Positions 9,141 to 18,671 of a stretch of 52,837 nt of DNA are shown one piece after another. Numbering within the stretch: the stretch's first letter is position 1; every line of letters begins with the position of its first letter. The position numbers were made by a program, and so were the translations under genes. The notes beneath the pieces were generated by a model, which worked only from the letters and a program-made list of their open reading frames with translations, ran no database searches and had not been told where the DNA came from. Source of the stretch: a virus (lineage: Duplodnaviria; Caudoviricetes); IMG/VR virus record IMGVR_UViG_3300042879_003023, positions 1-52,837 of that record; one strand, written 5' to 3'.

Positions 9141-12100
9141 ATGACCAAAACTTATAGAATAAGAACAACACCTGGTGATGATAAAAATATAAGAATAAAC
9201 ATAAATCAAGATTTTGATTTTTTAGAAATTTTATCTTTAAAATTAAGACAAGATGATGTCTATACAAGATTTTGTGCTGATTATGGTGTTGTTACAGGTA
9301 GAGTCATTACAAACGGAGGGTATGGAATACCTAACGTAAATGTATCGGTATTTGTACCGTTATCAGCAGAAGATGAAAATGATCCTGTAATTTCTACATT
9401 ATATCCTTATAAAACTGTAGACCAAAAAAATGAAGATGGATATAGGTATAATCTACTACCATATAAAAAAGAATATAACGGACACACACCAACAGGAACG
9501 TTTCCCGATAGAGAAGATGTATTAACTAGAAGTGAAGTTTTAGAAGTGTATGAAAAATATTATAAGTACACTGTTAAAACAAATGAAAGTGGTGATTTTA
9601 TGATCATTGGTGTACCACTTGGACAACAAGTGGTTGTGATGGATTTAGACCTATCAAACATTGGATGTTTTTCACTTGCACCTTCAGATTTAATAAGGCT
9701 TGGTGTTGGGGCCCCTGGACAGTTTAACGGACCAAACTTTAAATCTTCTACCGATCTTAATTCGCTACCACAAATTGTGAATTTAAAAAAAGAAGTTAAT
9801 GTTGCATCATTTTGGGGTGAAGAAGAAATATGTGATATTGGAATTACTCGTTGTGATTTTGATTTAAGAGATTTAGGTATTGAAATTAAACCCCAAGCGA
9901 TTTTTATGGGATCTTTAATTTCAACAACTGAAGAAGATTTTTTAAAATCAAATTGTAAACCTAAAAAAAATGCAGGTAACCTTTGCGATCTAACAACAGG
10001 TGGGGGTAAAATTTTAGCAATTAGACAAACGATAGATTATGATCAGAATGGACAACCAGTACTTGAACAATTTAGTTTACCTGAAGGTGGTAATGTAATT
10101 GATGATGACGGCACATGGTTAGTTGAAGTCCCAATGAATCTTGATTATGTAATTACAGACGAATTCGGTAATCAAGTTTTATCTAATGACCCAGCAAAAG
10201 GTATACCAACAAAAGGTAAATATAGATTTAGAATACAATATCAAAATGAAGACGGATTAAATAATGATATATTAAGGGCGGACTACTTAGTTCCAAATGT
10301 TAGAGAATACGGATGGTCAAGTAATGGATTATTTAGTTCTGTAAACCAAGCAGAACAAATGAAATCTTATGCATTTAGTTTAGATTGGAATGACTATGCC
10401 GATCAACAAGCGGCGATAGATTGTGAAGATTATTTTTATGAATTTAGATTTAATAAAGTGTATACTGTTGCAAATTTTATTGATAGGTGGAAATGGGGGT
10501 ATAATAGAAGTAGACATTTAGGAATTAAAGAAATTACGGATAGGGCTTGCACCACAACAAATAATAGGTTTCCTGTTAATGATGGGGTTAGAAATTTTGA
10601 TTTTTTGTTTTTCCTATTTAATTTAATGATTACCATCTTTAGTCCTATTATGGTTGCACTTATACCTGTAATCCATATATTGGCATTTTTATTTCCAATA
10701 CTTAAATGGATATTGGTATTTTTTCTTGGTGGATTATTAGCTTATTTTACAGGATATTTTGCATTGGCCGCCATTAGTGCTTGGCCGGCGGTTGCATTAG
10801 CATTGGTAAATGGTATTGCAACATTTATATTTGCTGCTGCACTTGCAACATATACAACATTAATAATAAAAAAATGGGATGAAATCAAACAAATTAAATT
10901 CAAAGGGATTAATTTACCAATGATGTCTTATCCTGATTGTGAAGCATGTCCATGTGATTCGCCTGATATGGATTTTGATGAAATATCAGGAAATGCTTTT
11001 GGTGGTGGTAGTGGAAGTGAAACTGAAGTTGGAAATTATACAGTTTATAGTAGAGGTGCTAGTGGGTTTTTGGCACCAACAAATACGGTATCTACTTGGG
11101 CTGGATTTAACCCAAATGGTATAGAAGAAGATGATTATGTAGGAAATAAACAAGAAAAATATATTGCAGACCAATATGGTGTAAGATATGCGATCGCTGG
11201 ATATCAACAGACTGGTGTTAATAGTCAACTTCTTGGGGTTCCTATTGTTTGGAAATATTCACCTACAGAAAGATTTTTTAGACAAAATACAATAACATTA
11301 TCACATTCATTAAATTTAATGAATTTAAGAACTAGATATTTCGATACAACCGCACCTAATATAATACAGACAACAGTTGTTAATCCTGATACACCGGCAT
11401 CAACACCATTTACCGATAACGTATTAATTTTATTATGTAATAGTAATATTATTGACCAATACCAATCAGGGTCAGTTTTAACTTTTAATGATATTAATAC
11501 TATTAATGATCCTAACTTAACAGGTGCAACTTTACAAAATGAATTCGGATCTAATTCAATAACGGGTGCGTCTAGTACGGGTGTATTTGCAAAAACTGTA
11601 AAATATATTAATAATTTAGATTCTGAAACATCCGCCACTGTTTATTTAACGGGAGATAGCTTATCATCAGAATATAAGTTTAAAACCGGTGTTGAGTATT
11701 TTCAAGTTATTACAGGTATGACGGCAACACAGGCAAACACTTATGCCGCTGTAGGTGGATTTAATAGTATAATAAAAAAATATTTTACAAATGCAACACA
11801 AAGTATTTGTTACTGGCCTGACGGTAGTAGTAGCCCACAATATCAGACCGTTGGACCATTAACACTAATAGATGATTGGCAAAATTTAAGCGTATTATTT
11901 TTAGTGAAGGGTGTTGACGTATGGACTAAAAAACAACAAATTAAATACGATTTATCAAAAATATTTGGTTACTCAACGTGGGATCAAAAAACGATTAGCG
12001 GTAACTTCTTTATGAATATACCAATTCAAAAACCAACAGGTCCAACGTCAAGTATTGTAAATACGAAATCACCTGAATCACATTTACCATCAAGTGCGCC

Positions 12101-14102
12101 GTATAGTACGTCATCATTATATCATCCACCATATGATTTTGTAGTTAGTGACCAATATAGTGCGGTTACAACAAATAAAATAAAATATTATTCATCTTTA
12201 GATAAAGAACACCCCAACAGCTATTTAGGTTTGGATACGGACGATACAACATCATCACCAACTCGTTATTTTGTTAGATTGGCCGCACCATCGACAAATC
12301 AAAAACAAGGTAATGTTGAGGGTGGGTCTTATTTAGGAACAAACACACAAGAATGTACAGATCAAGGAAGCCTTAGTGCAATTAATGCTAGATTATATTC
12401 ACCAGCATATGTAACAACAAACGGATCAATTTCAGTTTCAATAACTAAAGGAACTTATAATCATTGGCAACAAAGTATTAATAACGCAAAACTTGTTTTA
12501 AGGACTGATAGATTACCAACATCAGATGCGATTCAAAATAACGGTTTTGATTCTTATGTTCTTCATCAAAATGATAAATTTACGGCATATATAGTTAATG
12601 GTGCCGATTCGGTACCGACTGTAAATACATCGACAACCGCAACTGACACCACAAATAATGCACAAGATCAGACTGGAGACACTCCAAGCACAACGGATAG
12701 TATTTTAAATACATTTAGTTGTGAAGGCATGACTAGACTTACTTGTTATCAAAACCAAACATCACCTAGTGGTAATGCTATAATAACGGAACTTAATCCG
12801 TGTTATGATAATCAAGATCCTGAAGTAGTACAAGGGGGTTGTTACAAATTAATACAAAAACCTTATGTTATACGTATTGGTGATGATATTAAAGCATTTT
12901 TAGAATGGAAGACAAGATTTAGATTTATGTTTGGTGCGTGTAGAGGAGTCATTTCACACGTATTTCAAAATAACTGGGTTAATGGTACTATGTATATGTT
13001 TGCATTTAAAAAACAAACAATATTTGATGTTACAGGTCAACCAAAAAAATATAAGTTTTGTGGAACAATAGATTCTTTATATAGGGAAGGTCAAGGACCT
13101 ATATATTATACGGAAGGAACTACAAATTCATTTTTTTATAGATCAACACCTTACGATGGTAATAATTTTGTTGGTCAAATACCACAAAAAGCAACTTATT
13201 CAGATCCGACATATGAATCCGTTGTGTCTGATTTTGGGGGAATGAATGAAAGAAATTTATTTTTCCCAACAACAATAATGGATTTAGGACCAAGAGATCA
13301 ATTTATAAAAGAAATATGTAATAGTGCTGATTTTGAAGGTTATATTGTTGATACGTTAAAGTCAACATCGTTTAATGATACTGCAGATATATTACAACTA
13401 GCAATTATTTCTAGAATTATGAATACTTCATTTTTAGAAAATCTATTAAATGCCGGTGACGCATCAATTAATAAAATATTTTCAAGAACCGAAGATAGAT
13501 TAGATGGTGATATCACGCAAATGTTTAGTATTAATTCTGAATATGGTGTTGAACCATTTAGTGATGATAATTATGATGACAATGATTTATATATAAGGCC
13601 TGGTAATGGTGGTGCAGGTGCACTAATGGGTATATTCTTTTCATCAAACACGATTAATAGACAGGTATTAAGTCCTGGCGTTAAAACATTTTCATTAGCA
13701 CCACCATTAATTGAATATTATGGGTATCCAAAATCACAAGAAGTCCCAATGTATAGATGGTACTCAAATGAAACTAATGTCATTTTTGGATCAGAATTAA
13801 ATGATTGGTATACTACTGCCGGTGCAACAGGATATTATAAACAAAAGTATCAAGATTTAAATTTCAAATCCTATACAACGCCACCAATTGCAACAACACC
13901 ATATTTTAATACAACGTCAACAGGACAACTTGGGTATATCTATAATTCAGATTCTTCAGGTGAAAATTTAGCATCTTGGCCGGCGGGACAGTCAGATCGT
14001 TTTATTATTGGTGCTCCTTACCATTTTTACTTTGGTTTAAGAAAGGGTAAAAGTTCTTTAAATAGATACATAACTAAATATTTTTTGAATCAAGGTGAGT
14101 AA
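9141..14102 (+). CDS. Large tail/baseplate structural protein with internal hydrophobic segment
   Basis: 1653 aa in the baseplate operon. N-terminal beta-sandwich (GVVTGRV...GIPNVNVSVF...TNESGDFMIIGVPLG) and about 90 hydrophobic residues near aa 486-575. Confidence 0.7.
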   Translation: MTKTYRIRTTPGDDKNIRININQDFDFLEILSLKLRQDDVYTRFCADYGVVTGRVITNGGYGIPNVNVSVFVPLSAEDENDPVISTLYPYKTVDQKNEDGYRYNLLPYKKEYNGHTPTGTFPDREDVLTRSEVLEVYEKYYKYTVKTNESGDFMIIGVPLGQQVVVMDLDLSNIGCFSLAPSDLIRLGVGAPGQFNGPNFKSSTDLNSLPQIVNLKKEVNVASFWGEEEICDIGITRCDFDLRDLGIEIKPQAIFMGSLISTTEEDFLKSNCKPKKNAGNLCDLTTGGGKILAIRQTIDYDQNGQPVLEQFSLPEGGNVIDDDGTWLVEVPMNLDYVITDEFGNQVLSNDPAKGIPTKGKYRFRIQYQNEDGLNNDILRADYLVPNVREYGWSSNGLFSSVNQAEQMKSYAFSLDWNDYADQQAAIDCEDYFYEFRFNKVYTVANFIDRWKWGYNRSRHLGIKEITDRACTTTNNRFPVNDGVRNFDFLFFLFNLMITIFSPIMVALIPVIHILAFLFPILKWILVFFLGGLLAYFTGYFALAAISAWPAVALALVNGIATFIFAAALATYTTLIIKKWDEIKQIKFKGINLPMMSYPDCEACPCDSPDMDFDEISGNAFGGGSGSETEVGNYTVYSRGASGFLAPTNTVSTWAGFNPNGIEEDDYVGNKQEKYIADQYGVRYAIAGYQQTGVNSQLLGVPIVWKYSPTERFFRQNTITLSHSLNLMNLRTRYFDTTAPNIIQTTVVNPDTPASTPFTDNVLILLCNSNIIDQYQSGSVLTFNDINTINDPNLTGATLQNEFGSNSITGASSTGVFAKTVKYINNLDSETSATVYLTGDSLSSEYKFKTGVEYFQVITGMTATQANTYAAVGGFNSIIKKYFTNATQSICYWPDGSSSPQYQTVGPLTLIDDWQNLSVLFLVKGVDVWTKKQQIKYDLSKIFGYSTWDQKTISGNFFMNIPIQKPTGPTSSIVNTKSPESHLPSSAPYSTSSLYHPPYDFVVSDQYSAVTTNKIKYYSSLDKEHPNSYLGLDTDDTTSSPTRYFVRLAAPSTNQKQGNVEGGSYLGTNTQECTDQGSLSAINARLYSPAYVTTNGSISVSITKGTYNHWQQSINNAKLVLRTDRLPTSDAIQNNGFDSYVLHQNDKFTAYIVNGADSVPTVNTSTTATDTTNNAQDQTGDTPSTTDSILNTFSCEGMTRLTCYQNQTSPSGNAIITELNPCYDNQDPEVVQGGCYKLIQKPYVIRIGDDIKAFLEWKTRFRFMFGACRGVISHVFQNNWVNGTMYMFAFKKQTIFDVTGQPKKYKFCGTIDSLYREGQGPIYYTEGTTNSFFYRSTPYDGNNFVGQIPQKATYSDPTYESVVSDFGGMNERNLFFPTTIMDLGPRDQFIKEICNSADFEGYIVDTLKSTSFNDTADILQLAIISRIMNTSFLENLLNAGDASINKIFSRTEDRLDGDITQMFSINSEYGVEPFSDDNYDDNDLYIRPGNGGAGALMGIFFSSNTINRQVLSPGVKTFSLAPPLIEYYGYPKSQEVPMYRWYSNETNVIFGSELNDWYTTAGATGYYKQKYQDLNFKSYTTPPIATTPYFNTTSTGQLGYIYNSDSSGENLASWPAGQSDRFIIGAPYHFYFGLRKGKSSLNRYITKYFLNQGE

Positions 14103-15819
14103 TCCAAGTGAAATAAGAATAGTATTAGGGTCATTAAGATATAAATCAAATACTGATAAAAGTGTTTGGATACAACCACCTTTAATGTCTGATATTAGAC
14201 AATACGTTGAAGGTGATAGGACAATTCTTGTCGATCAACAAGTCATATTTGACAAAGAAAGACAAACAAGTGATACGTTTAGAATTGCCGGTAAAATAAC
14301 AAATATTGTCGATAATGTTGTTTCAGGAAAAACAACTTATACACCATTTAGGGATTTTTTATTTTATACAAATTCAGTGCAAAACGCAATAAATTCATTA
14401 ACAAACCCATCAACCCCTTGGGAAGGGTATCCACAATTTGACGAATTTGTTATAAGTAGATCACAGGGTATCCCAAATCACATACCATTTATTAATAAAA
14501 GTGCATCTTCATATAATTGGGCCTTTTATCTAACCTATCCTTACTCAAGTACAACGACACAAAGGATGTCATACACTAATGAAACATATAATGTTACAAA
14601 TAATAACTTTTTATGTGGTGATGGTATACCTTATGTTATAGATTCAGGTAGTTTTAATGGTAAACAATTAGTTTATTTTTATTGCGGGGCAAATCACAAC
14701 TTAAGTGAAAATGAATATGTCGAATTATCGACACCAATAAATGGTAGATATGTGTTTCCTGTTTACTCATTAGGTGATGGAACATATGGGTCAGAAGAAA
14801 AGGTATTTTCAATTTATAATTTAAAATTTAACGATTCTGAAATTCAAACAGGAACAAACGGAACGTTAAAAAGAATATCTAATATTTCAAATTCTGCAGA
14901 AACAAAGTCAAAATATTATATTAGGTTACATAAAATATTAAAGACATCTGAAAATTGTAATATTGCAAAAGCGGGATATGAAAATAACCCATTTTTTATT
15001 AAAAGACAGACAGAATACGATCAATTAACCCCAAACCAAACCGAAAGAATTTCAACAAAAAATGGTAGTCAAACATTTTCAATAACTTTTGATACTGACT
15101 TACATATTTCAGGGTTAATGGATAACAACGGTAAACCAATAACTGAATTGTATTTGACATTAGTTGAAAGAGGTTATATGGGTTGGTTTAATAAACCAAA
15201 CCTTAACGATAATAATATTTCAACAGGTTTAGAAGTTGGATGGGAATTTAATTTATTAAATAATACAATTGATAATTGGTGGAATAAAACATCACCTGAC
15301 AATAAAGATAATATCCCTAGTGGTTCTTATAACGCAAATGGTCAAACATTCTACTACAACGAATTTTTAAATATTGGTGATACATTAAAAGGTGATTTTT
15401 GTGAATATAATGAATATGAACAAAAAGAATACGTGTTGTCAAAAATGTTACATAAATACAGTTTTAATGATCTAATTTTTTATAATAATAACACAAGTAC
15501 ATTACCAAGCGGATACCTTTATTCACCACATAATCCTATAAAAATTAGAGTATTTAGTGATTATTTAGAATCGGGTAGTAAAGATAACGTAGATAATATT
15601 CCTGGTTATGCTTGGTATAGTCAATACGATGATATATGGTATTGGAGGGATTTATATACTTATGGTTATATAGATAATGATAATAATGGTGTTGATTATC
15701 CTTTTTTAAATGGTGCTCATTACCCATTTAAAAATTTAACATTTTTACAATATCCTGAAAAGAAAAACTATACACAAATAACGATTATAAATGATTTAAC
15801 AAACGACGATTGTGAATAA
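14095..15819 (+). CDS. Putative virion structural protein
   Basis: 574-aa ORF overlapping both neighbours in the structural operon; GTG start. Confidence 0.65.
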   Translation: MSNPSEIRIVLGSLRYKSNTDKSVWIQPPLMSDIRQYVEGDRTILVDQQVIFDKERQTSDTFRIAGKITNIVDNVVSGKTTYTPFRDFLFYTNSVQNAINSLTNPSTPWEGYPQFDEFVISRSQGIPNHIPFINKSASSYNWAFYLTYPYSSTTTQRMSYTNETYNVTNNNFLCGDGIPYVIDSGSFNGKQLVYFYCGANHNLSENEYVELSTPINGRYVFPVYSLGDGTYGSEEKVFSIYNLKFNDSEIQTGTNGTLKRISNISNSAETKSKYYIRLHKILKTSENCNIAKAGYENNPFFIKRQTEYDQLTPNQTERISTKNGSQTFSITFDTDLHISGLMDNNGKPITELYLTLVERGYMGWFNKPNLNDNNISTGLEVGWEFNLLNNTIDNWWNKTSPDNKDNIPSGSYNANGQTFYYNEFLNIGDTLKGDFCEYNEYEQKEYVLSKMLHKYSFNDLIFYNNNTSTLPSGYLYSPHNPIKIRVFSDYLESGSKDNVDNIPGYAWYSQYDDIWYWRDLYTYGYIDNDNNGVDYPFLNGAHYPFKNLTFLQYPEKKNYTQITIINDLTNDDCE

Positions 15820-16642
15820 TAACTACTTTAGATATAGTATTAGTCCAAATGACAGGTCAATTAACATACCCGTTCAAATAACCTTTGATAATGAGGGTAG
15901 AGAAGATGGTATAGTTGATTTTGAAAATGAGATTTTAATGCAAATAATAAATGGAATAGATGATTTTGAAACCACAAAATTTGCAAATGCTCCATATACG
16001 AATCAACCTGATGTTACTGAAATAAATTATGAAATTTCATTTTTTGATCCTACACAAAGTGTAACTGCAGCAACATCATCGGCTTGGAGCACAACTTATG
16101 AAAATCAAGGATTCTTTGATAATGAAATATATTACTTTGCAAATTCATTTAAAAAGAGCTTTTTCAAATTAGATTTCTATGATATTAATACGAATGAAAA
16201 TCAAAGAGCATATTTCACTATTATATTACCGACACAACAAGGTCAAACAATGAATGGTCAGATTGGACCAACACCAGTACAAATAAAAAAACCTGTTTTT
16301 ACTTTAGATTATTTAGGTGCTGATAAAGAAGGGTTTTTTATTTATTGGTTAAAAGAAAGGGACTATATTGATATTAATGAATTTTATATGACTGCAAAAT
16401 TCTTTAATGCTAAAACAGGTCAATTCATAAGATTAATGAATGAACCACAATCAACACTTAGTGGACCAAATAAGTTTAATTTCGATAAAAGTCAATATTT
16501 TTATTACAAAGTTATTTTAGATTATAATAACTATGAATATGAAATGTATAAAATGATTCCACAAGTTGGATTACCACCATCATTACAAAGAGTTGGTGAT
16601 AGTGCAAATCCAATAAGGTGGTATGAATATGTAAACCCATAA
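15812..16642 (+). CDS. Putative virion structural protein
   Basis: 276-aa ORF translationally coupled to its neighbours. Confidence 0.65.
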   Translation: MNNNYFRYSISPNDRSINIPVQITFDNEGREDGIVDFENEILMQIINGIDDFETTKFANAPYTNQPDVTEINYEISFFDPTQSVTAATSSAWSTTYENQGFFDNEIYYFANSFKKSFFKLDFYDINTNENQRAYFTIILPTQQGQTMNGQIGPTPVQIKKPVFTLDYLGADKEGFFIYWLKERDYIDINEFYMTAKFFNAKTGQFIRLMNEPQSTLSGPNKFNFDKSQYFYYKVILDYNNYEYEMYKMIPQVGLPPSLQRVGDSANPIRWYEYVNP

Positions 16643-17730
16643 TGGACGAAATAAGATATAATATAATAGTATCACCTGAAGTATTAAATACTGATATTTT
16701 CACTGAAACATATAGTGGGGATAGTGGACTTAATACTTTTGGGGTATATAGTGCAATGACAGATATTTTAAGTGGAGGAACTAATGGTGATTCATTACTG
16801 ACTGGTCTTACTATACCTATTATGTTTACTCAAACATTAAATGATATTGGTTTTTATAGTGAATTTGATGGTAACGTATTACAAAAAGATGTAATAAATA
16901 ATTTTTTATATACAGCAGATACCTTATATCCTTATGACGTTTATGTGTATAATACTAGTGGGGATTTGAATATTTCTTATTTAACATTTTCTAACTTTTT
17001 TGTTGATTGGGGTGATGGGTCACCCGTACAACAAATTAACAGTCAATCGTTAATGCATCCATATATTGCATCACCATCAGCATATACTATATCGTTTTCT
17101 GGTGTAAATACTTGGGGAACAACCGTTATACAAAAACAAATTTTTGTCCCTGTAACAGGAGTTACTATAAATAATTTGGAAGGTTCGGTTACATTAACAC
17201 CACAGTCAGGAAATTGGTCCGGTATACCAACAACCTATGATTTTATTTCCACAGGTGATTCACAAAATAATTACCAATCACAAATATCAAGTTCATATAC
17301 AACAATACCATTTCCGGTTTCAGGATATACAAAATCTAAATTGTTTAGTTTAAGAAGATATGGACCAACACAATATACTATCGGATATCAATTTATTAGA
17401 AATAATGAAGTATATGGTCAAATTGATGATATAACACCTGATTACATTGAGTATACAATTAATGGAATAAAGTATTATGATTTTACTAATGGTAAAACAT
17501 TATTTGTTGCTGAAAGTTCTGGGTTAACAAAAAATAGTATTGTTTTATCTGCGATCACAAAAGACGAAAGATTATTAGATTTTGTAATGGATCCCGAAGT
17601 TCAAAGTAATGTTTTTATTGAAAGAGGTAAATACACCGCCTTTGAATCATTACAAAGACTGGGGGAAATAGATAATATTGGTGATCTTGTTCGTTACGGT
17701 TATAACTATTATAAAATAAATACCGATTAA
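16642..17730 (+). CDS. Putative structural protein with PKD-like motif
   Basis: FVDWGDGS...HPY...YTISF PKD-type signature. Confidence 0.65.
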   Translation: MDEIRYNIIVSPEVLNTDIFTETYSGDSGLNTFGVYSAMTDILSGGTNGDSLLTGLTIPIMFTQTLNDIGFYSEFDGNVLQKDVINNFLYTADTLYPYDVYVYNTSGDLNISYLTFSNFFVDWGDGSPVQQINSQSLMHPYIASPSAYTISFSGVNTWGTTVIQKQIFVPVTGVTINNLEGSVTLTPQSGNWSGIPTTYDFISTGDSQNNYQSQISSSYTTIPFPVSGYTKSKLFSLRRYGPTQYTIGYQFIRNNEVYGQIDDITPDYIEYTINGIKYYDFTNGKTLFVAESSGLTKNSIVLSAITKDERLLDFVMDPEVQSNVFIERGKYTAFESLQRLGEIDNIGDLVRYGYNYYKINTD

Positions 17731-17762
17731 AAAAACGACATAAACTATTTATAAAATAAAAA

Positions 17763-18671
17763 ATGGCACTTGGAACCTATGGTATAGTAAGACCCGCAGA
17801 TGTTTCACCTGAAGATGTGGAAATAATACTTCATTACACAGAATCAAGAGACGTTACAAATAATTTTGTATTAAAAAAATTAAACGCAGCAAGTATATTA
17901 ACACCTTATTTTCATAATGATAATACAGGTGGAAATGCCGATGTTGAAATATTGGGTGGTCTTTATAATTTAAAATTACCTGCTAGTGAATTTAACAAAT
18001 TAGGGATCTACACATTAATGATTAGACCTGCCGAAATTAGAACAACAATACTTGATTGTGGTGTTTTATCAGCATTACCAAACGTAAAGGGGATTGTTAT
18101 TGATATTAATCAAGTTCCATCACAATATAGAAATAAATTTGTAAATCAAGGACTTGTTGGATTTAGAATTGAATACTTAAATTCTGACGGAACAAAAATA
18201 CCAAACTTCTATAGAATTGTAACATCATCGTTTTATTGTGAACCTGTAACTTCAAATGAAGTTAATACGTCACAAAAGGCGATTAGATATAGATACATTG
18301 ATAACCCGACCGATTTATTGTTTTTAACATTATCGCCAAGTGCATCTCCGAGTAATAAGCCAACGGCAACACCATACATTGGGCAACCAAACCAAAATAT
18401 TATAGTCACAAATACTTTTTTTAATCCAATTACTATTGATATACAAATGGCTGAGCACGATTTAGATACAATTGCAATTGCTCTTTATGGTGATCAAACA
18501 AAAAGTATTGAAGATGGTATATATACTCTTTATGATAGTGGTGGTAATATTTACAAACAATATAACTTATTTGAAATTAGAGATAACTTTAATGAACTTC
18601 TTTATGAAGTTAGACAAGATAGAGGAACTAATACTGATTTCAGTAAAAACTTTACAAATATTATTACTTAA
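17763..18671 (+). CDS. Putative virion structural protein
   Basis: 302-aa ORF with TATTTAT at 17746; coupled to the next gene. Confidence 0.65.
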   Translation: MALGTYGIVRPADVSPEDVEIILHYTESRDVTNNFVLKKLNAASILTPYFHNDNTGGNADVEILGGLYNLKLPASEFNKLGIYTLMIRPAEIRTTILDCGVLSALPNVKGIVIDINQVPSQYRNKFVNQGLVGFRIEYLNSDGTKIPNFYRIVTSSFYCEPVTSNEVNTSQKAIRYRYIDNPTDLLFLTLSPSASPSNKPTATPYIGQPNQNIIVTNTFFNPITIDIQMAEHDLDTIAIALYGDQTKSIEDGIYTLYDSGGNIYKQYNLFEIRDNFNELLYEVRQDRGTNTDFSKNFTNIIT

